Shown: positions 23,428-35,985, numbered from the stretch's first letter. The stretch: 64,000 nt of DNA from an uncultured Alphaproteobacteria bacterium (GCA_963735625.1 CAVTLJ010000002.1:21777-85776); one strand, 5' to 3'. Translations and numbers: made by a program. Notes: generated by a model not told the origin, from the sequence alone.

Positions 23428-24383
23428 ATGCTGGCATATGCGATCAGGCGCCTGCTCAGCGCCATTCCCACCCTGTTCGTCATCATCACGCTGACCTTCT
23501 TCATGATGCGTCTGGCGCCCGGCGGCCCGTTCGACAGCCAGCGCCACCTGCCGCCGGAAATCGAGCACAACATCGAGCGCGCCTATAATCTCGACAAGCC
23601 CGTCTATGAGCAATATTTCATTTATCTCGACAGGCTCGCGCATGGCGATCTCGGCCCGTCGTTCAAGAACAAGGATTTCACCGTCACGCAGCTGATCGCC
23701 GACGGCTTGCCGGTCAGCGCGCGGCTCGGCATTTCGGCGATATCGCTCGCGCTTCTGTTCGGCGTGACGCTGGGCACCGTATGCGGCGCTGCGCCAGAAC
23801 CAGCTCGCCGGATTATTCGCGTGATGACGCTCGCGATGATCGGCATCACGATTCCCACCTTCGTCACCGCGCCCATGCTGACGCTGATCTTCGGCATCTA
23901 TGGCGTGCATCTGTTCGGCTGCGACATCACGCTGCCGGTGGGCGGCTGGAACGACGGCGCGCTGCGCAACATGATCCTGCCGGTGACCGTGCTGGCGCTG
24001 CCGCAGATCGCCATCATTGCGCGGCTGATGCGCGGCAGCATGGTCGAGGTGCTGCACTCCAATTACATCCGCACCGCGCGCGCCAAGGGCTTGCCCGACC
24101 GGCTGGTGATCGTGTGCGCCATGCGCTGCGCGCGGCGCTTCTGCCGCTGGTGAGCTATCTCGGGCCGGCGGTCGCCGGCATTCTCACCGGCTCGCTGATC
24201 GTGGAGCAGATTTTCGGCATTCCCGGCATCGGGCGCTATTTCGTGCAAGGCGCGCTCAACCGCGATTACACGCTGGTGATGGGCGTGGTGATCTATTATG
24301 CGGCGCTTCATCATCCTGCTCAATCTGCTGGCCGACATTCTTTACTGGCGCTGCTCGATCCGCGCGTGAGATTCTCCAAATGA
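23428..24383 (+). CDS. oppB: Oligopeptide ABC transporter permease (frameshifted)
   Basis: RLAPGGPF, YIRTARAKGL, VEQIFGIPGIGRYFV, NRDY. Confidence 0.9.
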
Positions 24384-25326
24384 TCGCGCCCGGCATGTCA
24401 CAGACGAACGGCGCGACGATGCAAAAGGCGCTGGAGGTCAAGGGCCGCAGCCTGTGGGTGGATGCGCGCGCGCCGGCTGTTCCGCAACCGCGCCGCGGTG
24501 GTCGAGCATCATCGTGCTGGCGATCATCGCGCTGATGGCGATATTCGCGCCGCTGCTTTCGCCCTATGCCTTCGACGCCATCGACTACAACGTCATGTCC
24601 TGCGCGCCCGATTGGTGGCCCGACCAGATGGTGATGTGCAACGCGGGCGGCGCGCACTGGTTCGGCACCGACTCGGTCGGCCGCGATCTGTTCGTCCGCA
24701 TGCTCTATGGCGCGCGCGTTTCGCTGGCGGTCGGGCTTGGTCGCCACGCTGGTGAGCCTGCTGATCGGCGTGCTCTATGGCGCGACCGCGGGCTATCATC
24801 GGCGGCCGGGTCGACGCGATGATGATGCGCGCGGTGGATGTGCTCTATTCGCTGCCCTTCATCTTCTTCGTCATCATCCTGATGGTGATCTTCAACCGCA
24901 ATTTCTTCCTGCTGTTCGTCGCCATCGGCGCGGTGGAATGGCTGACCATGGCGCGGATCGTGCGCGGCCAGACGCTTTCGATCAAGCAGAAGGAATTCAT
25001 CGAGGCGGCGCGCGCCGCCGGCGTCGGCACGCTTCGGCATCATCACGCCGCCATATCATTCCCAATGTCGTGGGACCGGTGATCGTCTATGTGACGCTGA
25101 CGATGCCCGGCGTGATCCTGGCCGAAAGCTTTCTCTCGTTCCTCGGTCTCGGCATGCAGGAGCCGCTGACCTCCTGGGGCGTGCTGATTTCCGACGGCGC
25201 CGAACCAGATGGAAACGGCACCCTGGATGCTGATCTTCCCCGCCGCTGTTCATGGCGGTGACGCTGTTCTGCTTCAACTTCATCGGCGACGGCTTGCGCG
25301 ACGCCCTCGACCCGAAGGACCGCTGA
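24380..25326 (+). CDS. oppC: Oligopeptide ABC transporter permease (frameshifted)
   Basis: [42 protein letters not shown]. Confidence 0.9.
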
Positions 25327-25328
25327 GG

Positions 25329-27155
<1,827 letters not shown>

Positions 27156-27163
27156 CGCCCTGC

Positions 27164-27318
27164 CCTCCCCTTGAGGGAGGGCCGAAAAATTCGAGCGCGC
27201 GAGAGCGCCTGCGAGGATTTTTCGGGGAGGGGTGAATGCCACAAGAATTCGAACGTGACCCCTCCCCGAAATTTGCTTCACTGCGTTTGCAAATTTCGAC
27301 CCTCCCTCAAGGGGAGGG
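27164..27318. repeat. REP/REPIN-like long inverted repeat
   Basis: CCTCCCCTTGAGGGAGGG...TTTCGGGGAGGGGT and ACCCCTCCCCGAAA...CCCTCCCTCAAGGGGAGG, between convergent genes. Confidence 0.8.
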
Positions 27319-27324
27319 TTGGAT

Positions 27325-27987
27325 TCACTTTATTCTTTCCACCTTGAACACTTTCGCGCTGTCGTTGAGCGTCAGATTGTAGCTGCCGAGCAGCCCGCGC
27401 GAGATCCTGACCTTGTTGTCGGCGGCCTTCTTCTTGAAATGCGCGCGGTCGGCATCGCCCTGAAGCTGGCGCCAGATCTGTCCATTGTCGAGGAACACGA
27501 CGAATTGCCCGAAGGCGTTGTACGCGACATCGCTGACGCCCGCGGTAATGCTGTCGATCTCCCTGGGCGTTTCGGGGCCGGGCGGCGGCGGCGGCAATTG
27601 ATCGGCGCCGAATTTTTCCGGCGTGGTTTGCTGCTCCGGCGTCGTGCCGAAGATGCCGCCGACATTGCGGCCGAACCATGATTCCTGTTCTTTCGGTGTG
27701 GGCGGCGGCGCGGGCGCAATCGGCGGTGCTACGGTCGCAACACTCTCGGGCGGCGGTGAAGCGGGTACCGGCGCGGTTGGCGCAGGCGGCACAGCCGCGA
27801 CGGCGGGCGGCGGCGCCACCGCATTCACGCGCGGCGCCAGCAGATCGAAGCAGGAGAGCCGGGCGCTATCGTCTTTGATTTGCCCGCATTGGCCGAATTG
27901 GCGCAGCAAATCCTCTTTCGGCCCGGCATGGGCCGCGCCCGCGGTCACAATCGCGGCAACCAGCAGCGCATTGAAACGAAAGTTCAT
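27325..27987 (-). CDS. Secreted hypothetical protein with a Pro-rich linker
   Basis: Signal peptide (AAHA), CGQIKDDSARLSCFD, Pro-rich middle, C-terminal FLDNGQIWRQ domain. Confidence 0.8.
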   Translation of the reverse strand: MNFRFNALLVAAIVTAGAAHAGPKEDLLRQFGQCGQIKDDSARLSCFDLLAPRVNAVAPPPAVAAVPPAPTAPVPASPPPESVATVAPPIAPAPPPTPKEQESWFGRNVGGIFGTTPEQQTTPEKFGADQLPPPPPGPETPREIDSITAGVSDVAYNAFGQFVVFLDNGQIWRQLQGDADRAHFKKKAADNKVRISRGLLGSYNLTLNDSAKVFKVERIK

Positions 27988-28090
27988 GGAGGCTTCACCC
28001 GGCAATCGGTTTCTTACACGCACGTCATGCGCGCGCTGGCCCGCGATAATATGGTATGCAAACCTTCGTGGCGAGGGGCAGGAGAAGCTC

Positions 28091-29746
28091 ATGGCCGATA
28101 GCGGGCAAAGCGGCGTCAACCGCCGCATTCTGATCGGAGCAGGTGCTGCCGCCGCACTCGCCGGCACCGCCTTTGCGCTGCGCGCGGGCTCCAGCACCAC
28201 GAGCCGGCACGTCCCCATCGATGCGCGCACGCTCAATCGCGGCAATGGCGCGGAGCCCGATACGCTCGATCCGCACAAGGCATCGGGCAATTGGGAAAAC
28301 AATGTCATCGGCGACATGTTCATGGGGCTGATGACGGACGGGCCGGACGCAAGCGCCATTCCCGGCGCCGCACTCAGCTACACCGCAAGTGCGGACGGCC
28401 TGGTTTACACATTCAAGCTTCGCGATCATCTGTGGTCCGACGGCGTGCCGGTGACGGCGCATGATTTCGTGTTCTCCTTCCGCCGCATTCTCAATCCGAA
28501 AACGGCGGCGCAATATGCCTCGCTGCTTTATCCGATCAAGAATGCCGAAGAGGTGAACAGCGGCAAGCTGCCGGTGGACAGGTCGGCGTGCGCGCGATTG
28601 ACGATCACACGCTCGAAATCGCCTTCCACTTCGAAGTGCCCTATATCCGCGAATTGCTGACGCATTACACGACCTTCGCCGTGCCGCAGCATGTGGTGGA
28701 AAAATATGCCGACGACTGGATGAAGCCGGGCAACATCGCGACCAACGGGCCTTATGTTTTGAAAGAATGGATTCCCAACGATCACGTCCATCTTGTGAAG
28801 AACCCGCATTTCTACGATCGCGATCATGTGAAGTGTGGAGAATGTCTATTTCTATCCCACACAGGATGCCTCCGCCGCGCTGAAGCGTTTCCGCGCGGGC
28901 GAATTCGATCTCGTCAGCGACAGCGTGCCGCCGCAGCAGATCGACTGGCTGAAGCGCAACATGCCGCGCGAATTAAAGCTCTATCCCTTCATCCTCACGC
29001 AATATTTCCAGTTCAATGTCCATCGCAAACCGTTTGACGATCTGCGCGTGCGCCGCGCATTGTCGCTGGCGGTGGATCGCGAGATCATCACCGCGAAAAT
29101 CACGCGCGCAAACGAGCAGCCCGCCTATTCGCTGGTGCCGCCGGGCATGCCGGGCTATCCCGGAACCGCCCATCTCGATTTCAAATCGCTGCCGATGGCG
29201 GCGCGCATCGCAAAAGCCAAATGGCTGCTCGCCGAAGCGGGCTTTGGGCCGAACAATCCGCTCACCTTCGACTACAACATCATGAACGCGACTGAGACGA
29301 AGATCGTTTCCATCGCGCTGCAGGAAATGTGGCGGCAGGTCGGCATCGAGGCGAACCTTGTGCCGTCGGAAAGCCAGGTGCATTACAATCTGATGCGCAA
29401 GCGCGATTTTTCCGTGGGCTGGGCGGGATGGATCGCCGATTATCGCGATCCGAAGAATTATCTCTTCCTGTTCGAAAGCTCGACGACCGATTTGAATTAC
29501 GGCGGCTATTCCAATCCGCATTTCGACGCGATGGTGGCGGCATCGGACAACGAGCGCGACGCGGCCAAACGCGCGGTGCTGCTGGGCCAGGCCGAGCAGA
29601 TGCTGATTGACGATGTGGCCGTGGCGCCCGTCTATTTCGGCGTGACGCACGATCTTGTTTCCCGTCAGGTGAAGGGCTGGGTTTCCAACAATGTCAACAT
29701 CAACCGCACGCGGTTTTTAGCGCTCGACCGCAGCGTGCCGGTATAG
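28091..29746 (+). CDS. oppA: Peptide ABC substrate-binding protein, copy 1 (frameshifted)
   Basis: Twin-Arg-like NRRILIG, LNRGNGAEPDTLDP, WSDGVPVTAHDF, GWIADY. Confidence 0.88.
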
Positions 29747-29755
29747 GGAGCTTCC

Positions 29756-31346
29756 ATGAAACATTTGCGCATTGGTGCGGCGTTGATGGCCGCGATGCTG
29801 GCGGCGTGTTCGCAAAGCGCGCCGCATAGCGGCGTGATGACGCTCAATCGCGGCAATGGCGCGGAGATCAAAAGCCTCGATCCCGATTTCATCGACGGCA
29901 CATGGGAAGCCAATGTGGTGGGCGATCTTCTGGTGGGGCTGGTGACCGAAGACGCGGCGGGCCAGCCTATTCCGGGTGCAGCGACGAGCTGGGATGTTTC
30001 GCCGGACGGAAAGACCTGGACCTTCCACATCCGCAATCATCTGTGGTCGGACGGCACGCCGGTGACGGCGCAGGATTTCGTCTATTCCTATCGGCGGCTG
30101 CTCGATCCGAAGATGGCCGCACCCTATGCGTATAATTTGTGGGTCATCAAGAATGCGCAAGGTGTCAATTCCGGCGCGCTGCCCGCATCCGCGCTCGGCG
30201 CGCGCGCGGTGGACGATCGCACGCTCGTCCTGACGCTGGAGCATCCCGCCCCCTATCTGCCGCAACTTCTGATGCACCAGACGGCCTATCCCGTGCCGCG
30301 CCATGTGGTGGAAGCCAAGGGCAATGCCTGGGCGAAGGTGGCAAATTTCGTCGGCAATGGGGCGTATGTTCCCAAGGAATGGATTCTCAACGATCATCTG
30401 ACGCTCGTCAAGAATCCGAAATTCTACGACGCGGCGCATGTGCGCATTCAGGTGGTGAACTATTATCCGATTCAGGATTCCGAGGCCGCGCTGAAGCAAT
30501 TTCGCGCGGGCGAGCTTGACGTGCAATCCGCCATTCCCGCCGCCGACATCACATGGATCCGCCAGAACATTCCGCAGGATTTGAAGATGGTGGATTATCT
30601 GGCCGTTTCCTATCTGCTGGCGAATTGCAAGCGCCCGCCTTTCAACGACAAGCGCATCCGCGAGGCCATCGCGATGACGTATAATCGCGAGGCGGTCGAG
30701 GACAAGATCATGCGGCTCGGCCAGAAACCGGCCTATGCGCTTGTGCCGCCGCACACCGCGAATTATCCGGGCGGCACGCATTTCGATTTCGAGTCGCTGA
30801 GCTATGCGCAGCGCATCGCCAAGGCGCAAGCGCTGATGAAAGAGGCGGGTTACGGCCCCAACCATCATCTGCGCGCGCCCTACGAAACCGTCGCCGATCC
30901 CAACGACACGCGCGTCTCGGCCGCGCTGCAATCCATGCTGAAGCAGATTTATATCGACATCGATATCGTGCAGGTCGATGCGGCCATCCACTACAAGAAT
31001 TTGCAAACCCACCAATTCGCCATCGCGGCGGCGGCGTGGATCGCCGATTTCGACGACGCGACGAATTTCCTCGATCTGTTGCGTTCCGACAGCGGCAACA
31101 ATTACGGCCAATGGCAGAACGCGCAATTCGACGCGCTGATGAACGAGGCCGCACAACAGCCCGATGCTGCGATCCGCGGGCAGATATTGGCGAAGGCCGA
31201 GCAGACTCGCGCTCGACGATTACGCGATCATCCCCACCAATTTCCGCAAGACGCGCAATCTGGTGCAGCCTTATGTGAAGGGCTGGATTTCCAACCAGCG
31301 CGATTTCAACCGCACAAGATGGCTGTGGGTCGAGGGAAAGAAATAG
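29756..31346 (+). CDS. oppA: Peptide ABC substrate-binding lipoprotein, copy 2 (3' frameshift)
   Basis: Lipobox LAAC, LNRGNGAEIKSLDP, WSDGTPVTAQDF, WIADF. Confidence 0.88.
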
Positions 31347-31371
31347 AACATCTGGTCTGAAAATATCCAAA

Positions 31372-31456
31372 CGTCATGGCCGGGCTTGTCCCGGCCACCC
31401 ATACACTCCGTTTAGCAAGGTGTTCATGTGTGGCCGCCACAAGGGCGGCCATGACG
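31372..31456. repeat. CGTC-tagged REP-like palindrome pair
   Basis: CGTCATGGCCGGGCTTGTCCCGGCCACCCAT ... GTGGCCGCCACAAGGGCGGCCATGACG. Confidence 0.8.
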
Positions 31457-31515
31457 ATGATGGGAGATTGTGGCTTGCGTGCCGTCCATGCGTCGGGCAT
31501 TTTCGTGCTCGCGTG

Positions 31516-31592
31516 GACCCCGTAGCTCAGCAGGATAGAGCGGCGGTTTCCTAAACCGTAGGCCGGAAGTTCGAGTCTTCCCGGGGTCGCCA
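31516..31592 (+). tRNA. tRNA-Arg(CCT)
   Basis: GACCCCGTAGCTCAGCAGGATAGAGCGGCGGTTTCCTAAACCGTAGGCCGGAAGTTCGAGTCTTCCCGGGGTCGCCA. Confidence 0.96.
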
Positions 31593-31600
31593 CTCCAAAT

Positions 31601-32912
31601 TCATTGCGCCTTCGCGGTGCGCGCCATCGCGCCCGGCGCATCGAGATATCCATAACCGAAAACAGGATCGCGGCCCGGCGCGCCGAGATCGATGCGCGTC
31701 GCGTTCGAGCGTTTTCGTGGCTTGCGCCGACAATTGCGCATCGGCGCGCTTCATCATCAGCGCGAATCGCGCGGCGACCAGCGGGCTTGCGAATGATGTT
31801 CCGGTCGCCGATTCATAATGGCCTTTCGCGCCCGCCACGCGCACGCCCACGCCGCGCGCGGCGAACATCACATCTTCGCCCTGCCCCGCATCGAGCTGGA
31901 TATTGCGCGCGGCATCGACCGATGTGACGCCGACGACGCCGGAATAGGCAGCGGGATATTTCACGGGCGCTGCCGGCCCGTCATTGCCCACCGCTGCGAC
32001 GATCACATGCCCGCGCGCGAGAAATGCCTGAAACCGCAGCACCTAGCAGCGCATTCTTCGGGCCCGCGAGCGAAACATTGGCGACGGGCACATCATTGGC
32101 CGCGAGCCAGGCGAGCGCGCGCGCGATATCCTCAGCACTGCCGCCATCGGGCTTTCCGCCATAGACATCGGCGGCATAAAGCGTGGTGCCCGCGCAGCGC
32201 GCCGTGGAAATCGCCATCGTCGCCCACCAGCAATGACGCGACCGCGGTGCCATGCGCGGTGCCGGGGCCGTCGCCATCGCCCGCCAGATTTTTCGAAACG
32301 ATTTTCGCATCCTCGAACGCGGGATGATTGCGATCCACGCCCGCATCGATCATGCCGATTTTCGCAACGCCCGAAACGCCGCCGCCCATCGCGCCGTCGG
32401 ACGCGGCGGATGTTTGCGCGCCGCTTGGATCATAGAGATGATCGTAATCATAGCTGCCGTTCGGATCGGCCTTGCGCAAAGCGGCCAGCGCATCGGTGAC
32501 GCTCATATCGTCGGGCACGCTCAACACCGTCACGCTCAGGCCCAGCGATTGCATCGTCTCCTGACGCGCGATGTCGAAATTCAGGTTGCGCGCCGCGGCC
32601 AAGCCTTGCGCCGATGGCGCAATCGCCAGAACCGTTCCGCGCACCACGCGCGCGCCGAAGCGGATCCTTCTCGAATTCGCGCGGCGAGATTTGCGGGCGG
32701 CCGACCGCATCGCGCAATGTCGCTTGCGCCGTATTCACCGTGTTGCCGAGCGTGTTGCCGAGGCCTTGCGTGGTCCGACCCAGCGGCCCCGTCACCCCGC
32801 CGACCAGCGGCCCAAGCCCCTGGCCCAGAAGCTGGGCGTCCGCCGCCCCCGCCCAGAGGCAGAGCCCGCAAGCGATCATTCCGGCTTTCAGCATATTCAT
32901 CATTGCGGCCAT
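31601..32912 (-). CDS. Secreted S8 (subtilisin-like) serine peptidase (frameshifted)
   Basis: Signal peptide; triad motifs IGMIDAGVD, HGTAVASLL and GTSFASP; oxyanion motif AAVGNDGP. Confidence 0.9.
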
Positions 32913-32984
32913 GCCCGATTTATCCCATCACTGTGGGCCACTATAAAGTGCGAAATGTGGCGGGCGGTTCCCGCGCGCGCGCAT

Positions 32985-33011
32985 GGAAGAAAATACGGAC
33001 TGGACCGTTGT
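32985..33011 (+). promoter_or_regulatory. Putative ECF promoter of the sigma/anti-sigma operon
   Basis: GGAAGAAA-N12-CCGTTGT, ending 6 nt before the GTG start; same motif at 34311. Confidence 0.65.
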
Positions 33012-33017
33012 AATGCC

Positions 33018-33540
33018 GTGAAGGACGCCTCGCTGGAGACGATCCGTACAAGGATGACCGCGAGCCTGCCGCGGCTGCGGCGGTTTGCGCTGTCGCTCGC
33101 CGGCAATTCGGCCGACGCCGACGATCTCGTTCAGGATACGGTCGAACGGGCGCTGCGAAACCTCCACAAATGGCAGCCCGATACCAAACTGGAAAGCTGG
33201 ATGTTCCGTATTGCGCAGAATTTGTGGATCGACCAGATGCGGGCACGAAAGGTGCGCGCGGCCGAGCCGCTGGAGAACGATGTGGCCTCGCTCGACGGCG
33301 CGCGCGAGGCGGAGGCCAAACTCACCTTCGCCGATACCGAGCGTGCGCTCGCGCAAATTGCCGGAGGAGCAGCGCGTGGTCGTGGCGCTGGTGCTGATCG
33401 AAGGGGTCGCCTATCGCGAGGCGGCGGAGATATTGAATGTGCCCATCGGCACGGTGACGAGCAGGCTTGCGCGCGCGCGCGAAGCGCTGGCCGCCCATGT
33501 GTTCGGAAAAGGAGCCGCGATTCCAGCGGATCTCACATGA
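33018..33540 (+). CDS. ECF RNA polymerase sigma factor (one frameshift near 33357)
   Basis: LPRLRRFALSL, DADDLVQDT, WMFRIAQNLWID, YREAAEILNVPIGTVTSRLARAR. Confidence 0.92.
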
Positions 33541-34256
33541 CGCTCACGAACGAAACATTGATGGCGTTTGTCGATGGCGAGCTTTCGCCGTCGGAAATGA
33601 GCCGCGTCGAAGCCGAGCTTCGCAACGCGCCCGCGCTTGCGGCCTATGTGGAGCAGCAGCGCGCGTTGCGCCATGACATAAGCGCTTCTCTGGAAGCGAT
33701 CATAGACGAGCCCATTCCCGCGGCGTTGCGCGATGCGGTCTGGAATACGCCCGTGTCCTGGCAATGGCGGCTTTCCCGCGCGTTGCGCACGGCCTTTTCG
33801 CCGCGCGGCCTGATCTGGACGGGCGTTCCGGCGGCGGCACTCGCCTGCGGCGTTGCGATCGGCGTCATTCTCAGCGGCAACACGAATGCGCTGATGGGCG
33901 TGCGCGGCGGCGCGTTGATCGCGCGCGGCGCGCTGGCCCACGCGCTCGACCAACAATTGGCATCGGCGCAATCAGGCCACGGCCCGCAAATCGGCATCTC
34001 CTTCCGCGACCGGAACAATCATTATTGCCGCACGTTTACGAGTGCGCGGCTCGCGGGCGTGGCCTGCCGCGAAGATTCCGGCTGGAACATCGCCGCCTTG
34101 AGCGAACATGCGCGCGAACCGCAAGGCACATACGCCACGGCGGCAAGCGCCATGCCCGATCTGGTGCGACAGGCCGTCTCCGGCATGATCGCGGGCGCGC
34201 CGCTGGATGCGGCGGGCGAAGCGCGCGCGCGCGACGAAGGCTGGAAAGCCCAGTAA
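33537..34256 (+). CDS. Transmembrane anti-sigma factor
   Basis: ATGA overlap with sigma; LMAFVDGEL, a TM helix, periplasmic SFRD..YCRTF..ACR..W Cys pair. Confidence 0.88.
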   Translation: MTLTNETLMAFVDGELSPSEMSRVEAELRNAPALAAYVEQQRALRHDISASLEAIIDEPIPAALRDAVWNTPVSWQWRLSRALRTAFSPRGLIWTGVPAAALACGVAIGVILSGNTNALMGVRGGALIARGALAHALDQQLASAQSGHGPQIGISFRDRNNHYCRTFTSARLAGVACREDSGWNIAALSEHAREPQGTYATAASAMPDLVRQAVSGMIAGAPLDAAGEARARDEGWKAQ

Positions 34257-34310
34257 TTTCCTCGAAAATTCCCCCGAAAATTCCCTCGCACAAAAATCGT
34301 CATCGGCCCG

Positions 34311-34338
34311 GGAAGAAACCTCCCGGGCCCGCCGTTGT
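34311..34338 (+). promoter_or_regulatory. Putative ECF promoter of the Gly/Ser-rich gene
   Basis: GGAAGAAA-N13-CCGTTGT. Confidence 0.65.
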
Positions 34339-34386
34339 TTCCATAGCCGGGGGTTCACCGGCACGGGCTTAACAATGGAGAAAACG

Positions 34387-35152
34387 ATGACCATCAATTA
34401 TCGCAAAGCTGCGCAGGCGCTTCTGATGACAAGCGCGCTCGCAATCGCCACGCCGGCTTTCGCCGGCGGATTGCTCGGCGGCGCAGGTTCGCTCGGCGGG
34501 TCGCTGGGCGGCACGCTCGGCGGCGTCGGCAGCATGGGCGGCATGGGCAATATCGGCGGCATGGGCTCGATCAACGGGCCCACGATGATCCCGCCGACCG
34601 CGCAGATCCCCAGCACCAATACGACCGGCAATGCTTCAGGCAGCGTCGGCGGCAACGCCACGCTTCCGCAAACCGGCGGCATCGTGAGCGGCGTCACCGG
34701 ACAGGCCGAAGGTGCGGCCAATGGCGCATCCTCGACCGCGCAAGGCGCGGCCGGCAGCGCGCTTAGCAGCGCCGGTTCGCTTCCCGTCAGCGGCTCGGCC
34801 AGCGGTTCGGCGAACGGTTCGGCCAATGGCAATAGCGGCTCGGTCAGCGGCAGCGCATCGACGAACGGTGCGCTCAGCACGGTGACCGGCACAGCCGGGA
34901 AGCGCGCTTTCCACCGCGAATGGCGCGGCCTCGACCGCCGAATCCGGCGCGAACTCCGCGACCGGCACGGCCACCGGCCTGGTGGACAGCAATGGCAACG
35001 TGAACGCGAACGCCAGCGGCAGCGCCAATGGCTCCGCCAATACGGGTTCGCAGGACACATCATCGAGCACGTCATCGAGCACACCGTCGAAGAAGACGGC
35101 ATCGACATCGAAGTCGCATGGCTCGCATGGCGGACACAAAAAGCCGCAATAG
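34387..35152 (+). CDS. Secreted Gly/Ser/Ala/Asn-rich low-complexity protein (one frameshift near 34899)
   Basis: GGAGA RBS, signal peptide ATPAFA; the corrected frame continues GSALSTANGAAS...NASGSANGSAN...SHGSHGGHKKPQ-stop. Confidence 0.8.
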
Positions 35153-35160
35153 GCCTTGGC

Positions 35161-35207
35161 GCAGCCGGAGACATCCCCAGCCCCCCCGTCTCCGGCTGCG
35201 TATTTTC
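35161..35207 (+). terminator. Intrinsic terminator-like hairpin
   Basis: 12-bp stem GCAGCCGGAGAC/GTCTCCGGCTGC with a C-rich loop, followed by GTATTTT. Confidence 0.65.
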
Positions 35208-35967
35208 TAGCTTGCAATCATTCCGTCTGCCGCTTCGCTCCACGGAAAAACAATTTTTGCATCGGGCCGGGTGAGTTTCTTCGCTTTTCCCTTGTAGTCG
35301 AACGAATGCAGCAGATCGCGGATGAGTTCGAGCCGCGCCAGCTTCTTCACATCGCCATGCACGATATGCCAGGGTGCGGCGACATGATCGGTGCGCTCGA
35401 ACATTTCGTCGCGCGCTTTGGAATAGGCATCCCAGTTCTTCAGCGCCACATCGTCGATGGGCGATTCCTTCCATTGCTTGAGCGGATCGTCGCGCCGCGC
35501 GGCCAGCCGCTTCTTCTGTTCCTTCTTCGAAATGTCGAGATAGAATTTGCGGATGGCCAGACCGTCGCGCACCAGCATCGTCTCGAACGGCACGACGGAT
35601 TCGAAGAATTCCTCCACCTGCTTCGGCTTGCAGAAACCCATCACGCGCTCCACGCCCGCGCGGTTGTACCAGGAGCGGTTGAAGATCACGAATTCCTCCG
35701 GCCGCCGGCAGGAACGGCACGAAGCGCTGGAAATACCATTCGCTGTCTTCGCGGTCCGAAGGTTTGCGACGGCGCATGCACGCGGGTTTCGCGGGGGCTC
35801 ATATGTTCGGTCAGCCGCTTGATGGCGCCGTCCTTGCCCGCGCCGTCGCGGCCTTCAAGGATCACCAGCACGCGCGCGCCGCGGCCGATCAGATCGCGCT
35901 GGAGTTTAACCAGTTCCACCTGAAGATCGTAGAGCGCGCGCTTGTAATGGGCGTCTTCGTTCGTCAT
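35207..35967 (-). CDS. ppk2: Polyphosphate kinase 2 (frameshifted)
   Basis: LQVELVKLQ, EGRDGAGKDG, FNRSWYNRAGVERVMGFC, DPLKQWK. Confidence 0.93.
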
Positions 35968-35985
35968 CGTCGTCGTGGTGCTTGC

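Noticed and set aside
32571-34256. 561-aa sigma/anti-sigma fusion ORF
   Set aside because: One indel in the sigma gene puts it in the anti-sigma frame; sigma region 4 is in another frame and ends at an ATGA overlap.
34256-34300. Short tandem CGAAAATTCCC repeat
   Set aside because: Only two copies plus a degenerate flank; no support for a function and no spacers.
34470-35130. CRISPR-like or DNA tandem repeat array
   Set aside because: Repeats are imperfect and codon-phased, reflecting a low-complexity protein; no cas genes are present.
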